A stretch of DNA of 64,000 bases from Gammaproteobacteria bacterium (GCA_965243395.1 CBDEUS010000001.1:288001-352000); one strand, 5' to 3'; positions 1 through 8,868 are shown, counted from the first letter of the stretch. The notes: generated by a model not told the origin, from the sequence alone. A program made the numbers and translations.

Positions 1-25
1 AAACTAAATGTCGCAAGGATAAGAT

Positions 26-409
26 ATGCGGGTTCTTCTAAATAAAGTAGTCATATTTTTATTAGCATTAACGCTTTTGATTAGTCAGTCAATGCCAGCC
101 TATGCGGGTCTTGTAGGCACGAAACAATTAATCGATCAGCAACTCTTAGAATTAGATCGCGAAACATTACTCAATGTTTTTGAACGAGATGAAGCACATT
201 CACTACTGCAAAAGCACGGAATAACGCATAAGCAGGCACAAGATCGAGTCAATGCAATGACAGATCAGGAGATTTATGTATTTGTCCAGAAGTTTGAGGA
301 ACAACAAGCTGCAGGAAGCGTTGGTATTGCTGCAGCTGTGTTAATCATAGTTTTACTCTTTATTGTTTTAGACCTGTCCGGAAAAACAGATGTGTACAAA
401 GGAATTTAA
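26..409 (+). CDS. PA2779-family exported/membrane protein
   Basis: Signal peptide ending PAYA; 'RVNAMTDQE..QQAAG' followed by C-terminal hydrophobic segment ending 'LDLSGKTDVY', typical of this family. Confidence 0.6.
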   Translation: MRVLLNKVVIFLLALTLLISQSMPAYAGLVGTKQLIDQQLLELDRETLLNVFERDEAHSLLQKHGITHKQAQDRVNAMTDQEIYVFVQKFEEQQAAGSVGIAAAVLIIVLLFIVLDLSGKTDVYKGI

Positions 410-429
410 TCAAGTTTTAGGAGCTATTC

Positions 430-1020
430 ATGCTATTTAACAATTCAAATCGAATACATAAAATATTTATTAGAAGTGTTTTATTAGGTTTGGGGATAAT
501 TTTAATTAGCACTTCTGTTTATAGTAAACCACCACCTTGGGCACCTGCACATGGTTATCGAGATAAACATGGACATAAATATTATGATCATCATTATGCG
601 GATGTCATCGGTATTTTTGATGGAAAATGTAAGTACGAGAAAATAGGTACAGTTGTCGGTGGTGCAACGGGTGCTGTTATCGGTTCTAAGGTTGTGGATA
701 AAGATGATCGAGTAATTGGCGTGATTGCCGGCACGATCATTGGTGCCATTATTGGTAAGACAGTAGGTCGTGTATTAGATGAGCGTGATCGACACTGCAC
801 TGCACAAGGATTGGAGTATGCTCGAAGTGGCCAATCTATTCACTGGCATAATCCAAATTCGAATATTGATTATGAAGTCACTCCCTTTAGGTTTTATCAA
901 AGTAATGGTTTGGATTGTCGCATGTTTTCCACCAAAGCTAGGTTAGCCGACGGTAAGACGACGGAGTATGAGAGTGATGCCTGTTTACATGATGATGGCA
1001 TCTGGAGGACTGTGTATTGA
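430..1020 (+). CDS. Glycine-zipper / RT0821-Lpp0805 (17-kDa surface antigen-like) exported protein
   Basis: Signal peptide, PPPWAPAHGYR His-rich segment, GxxxG zipper (GTVVGGATGAVIG..GTIIGAIIG), WHNPNS and terminal 'AC..DGIW'. Confidence 0.75.
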   Translation: MLFNNSNRIHKIFIRSVLLGLGIILISTSVYSKPPPWAPAHGYRDKHGHKYYDHHYADVIGIFDGKCKYEKIGTVVGGATGAVIGSKVVDKDDRVIGVIAGTIIGAIIGKTVGRVLDERDRHCTAQGLEYARSGQSIHWHNPNSNIDYEVTPFRFYQSNGLDCRMFSTKARLADGKTTEYESDACLHDDGIWRTVY

Positions 1021-1237
1021 AATTCATTATGAGTACGTATGAATAATATTCTTACCTATTTCGATACGCGAGAGATAATGATTTCACTCAGAATTTGTTT
1101 TTTAATGGCTTCTATTTAACTTGTAAGCTAATCAAAACCGTTCATCGTAGGATTCGCTCCGAATTTGAGTGAATATTACAAAATAGTCTCAAGAAACAAT
1201 CAACTAGTTAAGTTACAAATATAGTAATGGAATACTA

Positions 1238-1663
1238 ATGAGCAAATTGAATACCGTCATTGAATTAATAAAAAATAAATCTCATTCTCTGACTGGAATA
1301 TTTGAAAAAGGTGTTGATCATTGTCGCCATAAGCTGGATCGTGAATCCACCATTGATCCTGAAGCAAACGAATCGGCATTGACAAAGGCTGTAGATAAAT
1401 GCAGGGAAGAAATAGAAAGATCTGATCAAAAAAATAAAATTCCTTCGCCAAAATATTTTGAACATGTTGCGATGCTTTCTAGACAAACAAGAAATTATCA
1501 AAACGAGATCGCTATTTGTGAATTGTATCTTGAGACACTACAAAAGCATTCATCGAAGTATAAATTTTCAAAAAGGAAAATAGAGAAAGAAATTCGGCCG
1601 CTTTGTGAAACAATGATGATGCGAATACATAATGCAAAAACATTAAGTGAGAAACAAATATAA
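1238..1663 (+). CDS. Hypothetical helical (TPR-like) protein
   Basis: 141-aa ORF; stop overlaps next start (TAATG). Confidence 0.55.
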   Translation: MSKLNTVIELIKNKSHSLTGIFEKGVDHCRHKLDRESTIDPEANESALTKAVDKCREEIERSDQKNKIPSPKYFEHVAMLSRQTRNYQNEIAICELYLETLQKHSSKYKFSKRKIEKEIRPLCETMMMRIHNAKTLSEKQI

Positions 1664-1896
1664 TGACACGAAAAATAAAAAAAGAACCTGTTAAAATGCT
1701 TCAAGAGGTTGATACAGAAATGATCCATATAAAAGGGTGGATCGCAGATAAAGAATTTAAAGATAATATTAATAATTCACATCTTACCTATCAGAAGGTT
1801 TACGACTACGCTAAAAAGCTATCACTTGAATGTAAAGTCGCAATTAGATCAGTCGCTGACGGCGACACTCATATCATGAAGGTGTATAAAAAGTAA
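1663..1896 (+). CDS. Hypothetical protein
   Basis: 77-aa ORF translationally coupled to upstream ORF. Confidence 0.5.
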   Translation: MTRKIKKEPVKMLQEVDTEMIHIKGWIADKEFKDNINNSHLTYQKVYDYAKKLSLECKVAIRSVADGDTHIMKVYKK

Positions 1897-2045
1897 TCCG
1901 AATTGAATTACTATTAATCTCAAACAAATTGTTTGCATTAACAGAATGCTAAAAATTCATTTTATATTTTTATTAAATTAATAAGTTTTTAGCGGGTAAG
2001 GGCCTAATACACAATCCTGAATAATTAGTTAAGTTACGCTCGGTT

Positions 2046-3248
2046 CTATTTGACAACGCTGCCGAGATCGCTTGCCCATTTTATTGCTTGCAGATAAGCT
2101 TTTCGATATTCGCTATGATCGATCAAATGCATAAGTGTATCCCAGTCACCTTGTTCATAATATTTTATATTCTGAAGCACCTCTCCCATTTTTCCAGTAT
2201 GAGATAATAAGGCTAAACTTACTTCTTCTGTTAAAGGTAATGTTTCAAGAATTTCTTCTAGTGACATATCCATTAATGCATCTAAAATAGAGAATAACCC
2301 AACTGAGAAATATTGATCAGAAACTCCATTAGGATCAGATTTCCCAAGAATTTCTGCCATCTTTGCTCTCATCATTCCAGTGAGCATTAGTTCTTTAGGC
2401 TTCTCGTCTGATAAGCGTAACATCAACATTAAACTTGCCCATTTTCTAACTTCATCCGTACCTAGTAATGTTAGAGCATGTTTAATAGATTCAATTTTTA
2501 TACGCAATGCATAAAAGGCTGAATTCATATAACGAAGTAAGTGATAAGCAAGTGTAGGATCACGTCCAATAAGGTTTTCAAGCTCATCAATATTAACGGA
2601 TGGGTTCTGAAGTTCTGAAATTAATTTGAGAACAATCATTCTATTACCTTCAATTCGTTTCCCTATAAACATTTGAGGCTTACAAAAAAAGAAACCTTGA
2701 AAATAATCGAACCCTAGTTCTTTACATTGTTCAAACTTTTCATGAGATTCAACACGTTCAGCTAAAAGCTTTATCTTGTGACTACGCAATACACTAACGT
2801 GCTTCTGTAAGTCAATATCACTTAAAATACTGACATCTAGTTTTACAAATTGAGAAACTTTTAATAAAGGATCGAACTTTGGGGTATAAATAAATTCGTT
2901 CAGTGCAATTTGAAATCCAGCACGTGATAAGTTGCCTAACCCGGCGATTAGTTCATCGTCAATTACATCATTTTCAAGTACCTCTAACACTATCTGCTCA
3001 TGCATTTGTGGCAAGGGTAGCTCACCAATCAAAAACCCACGTGTCATATTTATAAATGCTAGCTTTGTACCTACAATATTTTCTAGACCGATATCTATTA
3101 ATGCACTAATAATGACATCAGTGGTTGCTTCATCACCATCAACAATGTTTGCATTATTTGAAGCTTTTTTACGATACAAAAGCTCATATGCAAATACATT
3201 CAGTTGACGATCATAGATGGGTTGACGTGCAAGAAATATTACTGCCAT
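2046..3248 (-). CDS. EAL-HDOD domain protein (CdgJ/YuxH-like), degenerate EAL
   Basis: FLARQPI, AYELLYR, VLEVLE, FDYFQGFFF, HDOD 'DPTLAYHLLRYMNSA..GLFSILDAL'; DDF motif reads NEF. Confidence 0.9.
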   Translation of the reverse strand: MAVIFLARQPIYDRQLNVFAYELLYRKKASNNANIVDGDEATTDVIISALIDIGLENIVGTKLAFINMTRGFLIGELPLPQMHEQIVLEVLENDVIDDELIAGLGNLSRAGFQIALNEFIYTPKFDPLLKVSQFVKLDVSILSDIDLQKHVSVLRSHKIKLLAERVESHEKFEQCKELGFDYFQGFFFCKPQMFIGKRIEGNRMIVLKLISELQNPSVNIDELENLIGRDPTLAYHLLRYMNSAFYALRIKIESIKHALTLLGTDEVRKWASLMLMLRLSDEKPKELMLTGMMRAKMAEILGKSDPNGVSDQYFSVGLFSILDALMDMSLEEILETLPLTEEVSLALLSHTGKMGEVLQNIKYYEQGDWDTLMHLIDHSEYRKAYLQAIKWASDLGSVVK

Positions 3249-3354
3249 TTTTATTTAGCTTAATAAAGGGTTTAAATTGCAAAATTAGTCACAACTTAAT
3301 AAACGGCATAATATGGATATTCTTTACGTTTTATTTGATTGAAATGAACCCATT

Positions 3355-3382
3355 CTGACAATTTGGGTATCTGAGCAGTCAT
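3355..3382. repeat. 28-bp palindromic cassette-boundary repeat, copy 1 (degenerate)
   Basis: CTGACAATT-TGGGTATCTG-AGCAGTCAT. Confidence 0.45.
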
Positions 3383-3400
3383 TCTCTCGCAGAAGACTTA

Positions 3401-3526
3401 ATGAATAAATTATTCTAAGGCGAAAAAACACTTCAAATGCTTATTTCTGAACAATTTTTCAGATTATATTGTAGGCAAAAGTACTCTATTGAAGACTATA
3501 ATAAAGTTGCGAGAGGTATTAGATAG
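3401..3526 (+). pseudogene. Possible decayed cassette ORF
   Basis: MNKLF*GEKTLQMLISEQFFRLYCRQKYSIEDYNKVARGIR*; one in-frame stop at 3416-3418; fills the space between repeat copies 1 and 2. Confidence 0.3.
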
Positions 3527-3529
3527 TGA

Positions 3530-3557
3530 ATGACCGCTATTGGCCGAAAGCGGACAT
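3530..3557. repeat. 28-bp palindromic repeat, copy 2 (best conserved)
   Basis: ATGACCGCT-ATTGGCCGAA-AGCGGACAT; arms pair at 8/9. Confidence 0.85.
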
Positions 3558-3585
3558 AATTAGGAAAAATCTAAAGGAGCTTTAG

Positions 3586-3852
3586 ATGCGTTATATAGCT
3601 GGAGTCTTAATCCCTGTAGTGCTTCAATGTTTGTTTGTATTTATTATTATTGAAATGAACACGGGGAATGGTTCATGGATTGGATTAGGTGCACTGTTAA
3701 TAGGTATGTTTGCAATCCCTGCAACGGCTATTATTAATTTTCTCTATATAAAAACAAATAAAGGCCGAAGCACTGTTTCGCTAATGTCACGGTGTTTTTT
3801 AATCGCAATAATAGCGCCTGTAATAATTCTATTATTATTGCTGGTTGGGTAA
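3586..3852 (+). CDS. Small 3-TM membrane protein (cassette gene)
   Basis: AAGGAG RBS; three hydrophobic segments. Confidence 0.7.
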   Translation: MRYIAGVLIPVVLQCLFVFIIIEMNTGNGSWIGLGALLIGMFAIPATAIINFLYIKTNKGRSTVSLMSRCFLIAIIAPVIILLLLLVG

Positions 3853-3858
3853 CAATAA

Positions 3859-3886
3859 ATGTCCGCTATTGGCCGTAAGGAGCGAA
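3859..3886. repeat. 28-bp palindromic repeat, copy 3 (right arm disrupted)
   Basis: ATGTCCGCT-ATTGGCCGTA-AG; spacer 9/10 identical to copy 2; starts 7 nt after the upstream stop. Confidence 0.8.
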
Positions 3887-4032
3887 AACAAGGCCACTGA
3901 GGGAGATATTCAGGTTGGAATCTTTTGAACACATATAAAGTGTAAATTCAGTGGCATTATTTGGAAAAAGAAGAGTGAAACATATTTGAAGAGCATTTTA
4001 CAAAGTGTAACTAATTTATAAAGAGGTTGTGT

Positions 4033-4638
4033 ATGTTTAAATGGAGTTATCTACTTATATTAACATTTATTATTTTAGCTGGTTGTGCATCAACATCAAA
4101 TCAACCAGTCTTTGAATTTGATAGTGGTGATGCAAAAGGTGTATTTGTACCAGTTCGTGTTCACATTAATAGAAATGTACCTGTTGCCCGTTTTTATGAA
4201 TCAAGATTAATCGAAGTTAAAAATACGTTAAAAAGGAGTGGTATGTTTTTAGAGGTAGGATCGCATGTCGATTCTCCTTATGTGTTAGATTTACAGTTAG
4301 AGCGAGGTTCTAATGATAATGCGGTTGATACAACAGCACAGCTACTTTCTGCTGCAACTTTATTTTTACTTCCCTCTAAGGTAAATGGTTATCACATATT
4401 AAAAGCTGACTTATATATCGATGGAAGCTTGCTAAAGAGTTACGAATATAAAGATGAATATGATGAGACTATTAGTATTTATAACTACAATGAGGCTGCC
4501 AGTAATGATGGTGATGAATTTGTCTCCATCCGAAATGTGGTGAATAAACTATTAAAAGGTTTAGATGAAGATGATGTTATTGAAAGATATATCGATAACT
4601 CAAATCAACAAGATACTCCTAAAGAGTATGATATCTAA
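4033..4638 (+). CDS. Lipoprotein, hypothetical (cassette gene)
   Basis: Lipobox LAGC; GAGG RBS before ATG 4033 (ORF track starts at TTG 4027). Confidence 0.75.
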   Translation: MFKWSYLLILTFIILAGCASTSNQPVFEFDSGDAKGVFVPVRVHINRNVPVARFYESRLIEVKNTLKRSGMFLEVGSHVDSPYVLDLQLERGSNDNAVDTTAQLLSAATLFLLPSKVNGYHILKADLYIDGSLLKSYEYKDEYDETISIYNYNEAASNDGDEFVSIRNVVNKLLKGLDEDDVIERYIDNSNQQDTPKEYDI

Positions 4639-4647
4639 TAAGGTAAA

Positions 4648-4675
4648 ACGTTTGCTATAGACCCAAAGCGGACAT
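4648..4675. repeat. 28-bp palindromic repeat, copy 4
   Basis: ACGTTTGCT-ATAGACCCAA-AGCGGACAT; perfect right arm. Confidence 0.75.
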
Positions 4676-4722
4676 GCTAAGCATCATTAATTCATGTATT
4701 GATAAACCTAGAGTAACTTTTT

Positions 4723-5085
4723 ATGGGAAATACCGTTTGGGTGTTAAGCGAAAATAGTGATGAGGATGATTGGGATCACTCATTTATTTTAATAAATGAG
4801 CAGTCACTCGACAAACTCGCAGACCAATTAAGTGTTAAGAAACTAAGTGATTTATACGATCATTCAATTTTGGCAGAAGAATATGGAGAGGATATTGAGC
4901 CAAACTATATAATTCCAGACGATTTAGAATCTGTATTAAATCCTCTGATTACCGCTATTCGTAATGGAGATGCAGGTAAGCTAAATGGTGATACTGAAAT
5001 CATTGAAGAACTTGAAGATTGTTTAGAAAAAGTTTTAAACGCCAAGAGTCGCAGCTCAAAAGTACGACTAGCAATTGTGCCCTAA
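4723..5085 (+). CDS. Acidic hypothetical protein (cassette gene)
   Basis: 120 aa, very D/E-rich. Confidence 0.7.
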   Translation: MGNTVWVLSENSDEDDWDHSFILINEQSLDKLADQLSVKKLSDLYDHSILAEEYGEDIEPNYIIPDDLESVLNPLITAIRNGDAGKLNGDTEIIEELEDCLEKVLNAKSRSSKVRLAIVP

Positions 5086-5098
5086 TTATCCTTTGCGA

Positions 5099-5126
5099 AT
5101 GTTCACAATTGACCGTTAAGAGGCAT
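5099..5126. repeat. 28-bp palindromic repeat, copy 5 (degenerate)
   Basis: ATGTTCACA-ATTGACCGTT-AAGAGGCAT; spacer 8/10 identical to copy 3. Confidence 0.55.
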
Positions 5127-5166
5127 TTAGCGAGAAGCTTTATCGTTCGGAAAATATAAACTAATC

Positions 5167-5400
5167 ATGAAAAAGCTATTTTGTTTTATGTTTATCGGCA
5201 TTGGTGCATTGTTAGTATTTGCAGCAGGTACTATTGGGCTTGGTTTTGGGGCTATATATTTAATGGGTGCAATAGGTACTGGCGGTCGTGAGGGTGTTGG
5301 AGAGCTAGTTACTGTTGTAATGATAGGTGTTGCTGGGTTCGTAGTTGGATATTTTCTGATTCGTATCGGAAGAGGGCTTGGTGTTAGCAATACCCAATGA
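5167..5400 (+). CDS. Small Gly-rich 2-TM membrane protein (cassette gene)
   Basis: 77 aa, two hydrophobic Gly-rich segments. Confidence 0.6.
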   Translation: MKKLFCFMFIGIGALLVFAAGTIGLGFGAIYLMGAIGTGGREGVGELVTVVMIGVAGFVVGYFLIRIGRGLGVSNTQ

Positions 5401-5420
5401 AGGTGTTTCAAAAAATAATT

Positions 5421-5448
5421 AATTTCTATTTACGATCAAAGCGGACAT
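5421..5448. repeat. Palindromic repeat, copy 6
   Basis: Perfect right arm AGCGGACAT at 5440-5448; left arm degenerate. Confidence 0.65.
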
Positions 5449-5493
5449 TATATTTAATCATTCAGGGCATTTACTTTTAAACTCGATTCTCTA

Positions 5494-6753
5494 CTACGTA
5501 TCTCTTTCAATAATCATAGCTGCCGCCGTCCCACCTGCGCCACAAATACTAATTAAACCTAAGTGCGAATTTCTGCGCTTCATTTCGTTCGCTAATGTGG
5601 TTGTAATGCGAATACCTGTTGCAGAAAAAGGATGACCTATTGCTATTGAGCTACCTAAAGGGTTTAATTTTTCTTGATCGACTTTACCAATAGCTGGCTC
5701 TTTCCAACCTTGTTCCCATGCTTTTAGATTACAAGCAATTTGTCCTGCAAATGCCTCGTGCATTTCAATAATGTCAAAGTCCGATAGTGAAAGTGAATTA
5801 CGTTTTAGTAATCTTGGCACAGCAAGTGCAGGGCCCATTAACAATCCTTCTCTTGGTTCTATGCCAACAAACTCGAAATCTTTTACATATGCGAGAGGTT
5901 CAAAACTTTTGTTTTTCGCATACTGTTCTGACATTAATAGTATAGAGGCTGAACCATCAGTCAGCGGACTAGAATTTCCTGCCGTGATCGTACCTTTTGA
6001 ACTACGATCAAATACTGGTTTAAGTTTGGCAAGCTTATCTATAGTAGTATCAGGACGAATAAATTGATCGGTTTCAATTCCATCCAAAGGATCTATTTCC
6101 TCAAGTAGGCGACCATCTTGACTTGCTTGGTATGCATTCATATGACTTCGGTAGGCAATTTCATCTTGTGCATCTCGAGAAATGTTCCATTCTTTTACCA
6201 TTAGTTCTGTATGTTCACCCATTGACAATCCAGTAGATGGTTCTTTTATACCAGGTGAAGTTGGTTTGAAATGTCGTGGTCGTAATTTTAATAATTGACG
6301 TATACGCTTTGTATTCGTTTTTTCTGAAAATGCATCTAGAAAAATACGACTTGCCGAACGGCTAAATAAAAGCGCCGGATTTGACATCGATTCCACACCT
6401 CCAGCAATACCGGCTTCAGATCTTCCAGTTGATATTGAATCATAAATGGTTCGGATTGCAGAAAGTCCAGTAATGCAATTGTTTGTTATCGTCAATGCCT
6501 GAAGCTGTGCTGGCAGTTTATTAGCTAAAACAATCTCTCTTGCCAGATGGGGGATCCTTGGATCGACAACAACAATGCCGTAAACAAATTCTTGCAAATC
6601 ATCTTTATTGACATTCGTTTTGTTCAGCAGGCCTCGAACAGAATGTCCAGATAGTTCAAGAGCTGTGTAATGTTTGAAAACTGTGCCCGCGCGAACAAAT
6701 GGTGTACGAATACCATCAATAATTGCAACACGCTTTGAAGGATTAATATTCAC
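5494..6753 (-). CDS. Acetyl-CoA C-acyltransferase (thiolase, FadI-like)
   Basis: IDGIRTPF, NNCITG (catalytic Cys), GGVESMS, HEAFA, GHPFSATG, SICGAGG; GTG start overlaps upstream stop. Confidence 0.92.
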   Translation of the reverse strand: MNINPSKRVAIIDGIRTPFVRAGTVFKHYTALELSGHSVRGLLNKTNVNKDDLQEFVYGIVVVDPRIPHLAREIVLANKLPAQLQALTITNNCITGLSAIRTIYDSISTGRSEAGIAGGVESMSNPALLFSRSASRIFLDAFSEKTNTKRIRQLLKLRPRHFKPTSPGIKEPSTGLSMGEHTELMVKEWNISRDAQDEIAYRSHMNAYQASQDGRLLEEIDPLDGIETDQFIRPDTTIDKLAKLKPVFDRSSKGTITAGNSSPLTDGSASILLMSEQYAKNKSFEPLAYVKDFEFVGIEPREGLLMGPALAVPRLLKRNSLSLSDFDIIEMHEAFAGQIACNLKAWEQGWKEPAIGKVDQEKLNPLGSSIAIGHPFSATGIRITTTLANEMKRRNSHLGLISICGAGGTAAAMIIERDT

Positions 6754-7235
6754 TACTCGCTTCCATCATTAACATTGAAAATCAATCGTATAAAAATCAT
6801 GAAGTGCGTAACTAAAAGAAAAGGTACTAAAAATGTGGGTATGTACCAGTTTGCGCCAAACATTGATATTACCTCTGCGTGACGCAATGCATTTAGTAAA
6901 TCTATGAATCCAACTATATTAAATATCCAAACGATAACCAATGCGAATGGCCATTTATAATAGAGAAAACATAACGCAACGAATGCAAGTATACCTGCTG
7001 CTAAATCGCCGTAGGCAGCTGGAACTGCAAAATTACTGGGCAACGTTTGTAATGAAAGCCCAGGAACAAGAAAGCTCATACCTATATGTCGAAACGTATG
7101 AGGTAGTGTAAGCCAGAATAATGCTGTTTTGAGCGGTTGTTTATTCAGCCAAGGCGAAGCAATCCATTTCATCAGGAAACTGAACACTATTATGCTTAGC
7201 AAAAACTGTAAAAGGAATATTGCTTGTGTGTCCAT
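6753..7235 (-). CDS. Hypothetical multi-pass membrane protein
   Basis: About 5 TM segments, 'PHTFRHIG', 'AAYGD'; GAGG RBS. Confidence 0.75.
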   Translation of the reverse strand: MDTQAIFLLQFLLSIIVFSFLMKWIASPWLNKQPLKTALFWLTLPHTFRHIGMSFLVPGLSLQTLPSNFAVPAAYGDLAAGILAFVALCFLYYKWPFALVIVWIFNIVGFIDLLNALRHAEVISMFGANWYIPTFLVPFLLVTHFMIFIRLIFNVNDGSE

Positions 7236-7267
7236 CTCGCACCTCTTTTTATTTTAGTGAATTAATT

Positions 7268-7296
7268 AAAAAAAACGGCCTCTTAATCGAGGCCGT
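7268..7296 (-). terminator. Rho-independent terminator/attenuator after YHS gene
   Basis: ACGGCCTC/GAGGCCGT stem followed by T-run on minus strand. Confidence 0.75.
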
Positions 7297-7313
7297 AATG
7301 AGAGGTCACTTAC

Positions 7314-7769
7314 TTAGAGTGACGCGGGGGATGCATCTTTTATTTTTGGCCATTCCTTGTCCGCCATTTCGATCCTTCCTGGGATATCCTTTTCCCATTC
7401 CTTTTGAATATTCTCATCCAAGTTGAGATAAAGCGTTCCATCAACAATCTTCCATACTGTTGGATCACCTACAAATTTTTTGCCTACAGATACACCATAA
7501 GCACAGTATCCACCATATGCGGGTATGTAATTTTGAGGATTTTTATTAAATGCTTGCATGTTTTCTTTAGTTGAAAACAAATAGGTCACACCTTCATGAT
7601 CTGAAACATAATGCCCATTTCCGCGAACAGGACCTGTTTCACTATGATAGGAAACCAAATCATAACCTTGTACACCAGGTGTACTATTGGTATGAATGTT
7701 AGCTGCTAATGAACTGGTGCTAACACCAGCTAAGAACAATGTTGATATTAAGAAAGTTATTAGTTTCAT
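7314..7769 (-). CDS. YHS-domain (seleno)protein family, periplasmic, Cys form
   Basis: GYDLVSY, YLFST, PAYGGYCAYG, WKIVDGTLYLN; AAGGAG RBS before ATG 7769; signal peptide. Confidence 0.85.
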   Translation of the reverse strand: MKLITFLISTLFLAGVSTSSLAANIHTNSTPGVQGYDLVSYHSETGPVRGNGHYVSDHEGVTYLFSTKENMQAFNKNPQNYIPAYGGYCAYGVSVGKKFVGDPTVWKIVDGTLYLNLDENIQKEWEKDIPGRIEMADKEWPKIKDASPASL

Positions 7770-7972
7770 TTCTCGCTCCTTTAATAAATTAAATAAAAAT
7801 TTGGCTTTTTTCATAAAGCCCTTCCGTATACATGATCACTATTACTAGCATGATTGCTCCAGTGGTTAATGTTTTAGAAGTCTTATGCATCTCTGTCTCA
7901 TTTATCATGTTTTTCTCACACGTATCTCTTTTTCAATTTTGATTAAGCTACCTATATATTTTTTCTTTTTTA

Positions 7973-8221
7973 TTATTTGACTTTAGTAATCAGCTCTACA
8001 AGTTGTTGGTAGCCTCCGATTAAATCGTTATTAATATAAATTTTTGGTAAATGTTCCTCTTCAAATAAAACTTTATTTTTAAATGTATTTTTTGCTGAAG
8101 AGTTAATATCAATTTCTTCAAATTCAATTCCTTTTAAATGTAATAATGCTCTCGTCGATTCACAGTATGGGCAATCTTTCTTTATATAAATAACTATCTT
8201 GTCTTCTTTGTTAATTGTCAT
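7973..8221 (-). CDS. Glutaredoxin (Grx3-like)
   Basis: CPYC, 'PKIYIN..IGGY'. Confidence 0.85.
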   Translation of the reverse strand: MTINKEDKIVIYIKKDCPYCESTRALLHLKGIEFEEIDINSSAKNTFKNKVLFEEEHLPKIYINNDLIGGYQQLVELITKVK

Positions 8222-8235
8222 TTTTAATATTGATC

Positions 8236-8562
8236 TTATTTTGAAAGTTTACTTTTGCTAATAACCATCGCAATTTCACATTGTTGTCGTTCAGCAAACG
8301 CTACTTCATCAGGGTCTAAATTATTTTCAAAGTTGTATACTCGATCTATAAGCGGAATTACCACGCTTTGTTCTCCATAACTAATACTTTGATCTAAATA
8401 TTTTTTTATTAAGTCATATTCTTTGATTCCATTGTCTCGGTTTTGCGCAACGACATTTGCGGCATTTCCAAGCCACTCACAAAATGTATTGTTAGAGTCT
8501 TGTGCATACGTAGATGCATTCACTACTAATAAAAAAATAATTGTTATTACTCGATGTTTCAT
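8236..8562 (-). CDS. Exported hypothetical protein with Cys pair
   Basis: CAGGAG RBS before ATG 8562; signal peptide; two Cys in mature part. Confidence 0.65.
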   Translation of the reverse strand: MKHRVITIIFLLVVNASTYAQDSNNTFCEWLGNAANVVAQNRDNGIKEYDLIKKYLDQSISYGEQSVVIPLIDRVYNFENNLDPDEVAFAERQQCEIAMVISKSKLSK

Positions 8563-8640
8563 TATTTCTCTCCTGTGATAGTTGCTGGTGAACATCCCTG
8601 TTCTATACTCGTCCTTGATCGCTAACGCTAAACACAGCAA

Positions 8641-8868
8641 TTAAGCTTGACCGCTGTAATCTTGCTTAAGCTTGTCGGTATCAACCATGAACTTGCGAGT
8701 TTCAGCATTAAATTTATCAAGAGGACCTTGAGCAACAATTTCTGGTCTGTTGTTGTCGCGAGCTTCATAGTCAGTTGCTTGTGCGGTATCAATTGATAAT
8801 CCACCTTGCGCCCATGCAAAGTTGGTGGCTGCAAGTAATACTGCTGTTAATAGTGCTTTTGCTTTCAT
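8641..8868 (-). CDS. Small exported protein, first gene of sigma54 operon
   Basis: AGGAG RBS, signal peptide MKAKALLTAVLLAATNFAWA. Confidence 0.7.
   Translation of the reverse strand: MKAKALLTAVLLAATNFAWAQGGLSIDTAQATDYEARDNNRPEIVAQGPLDKFNAETRKFMVDTDKLKQDYSGQA

Noticed and set aside
3355-5448. CRISPR array or classical integron interpretation of the repeats
   Set aside because: Units are gene-sized and irregular, repeats are divergent, there is no cas or intI, and no attC core motifs
7314-7769. Selenocysteine recoding in the YHS protein
   Set aside because: The GGYC position is a normal Cys codon and there is no in-frame TGA
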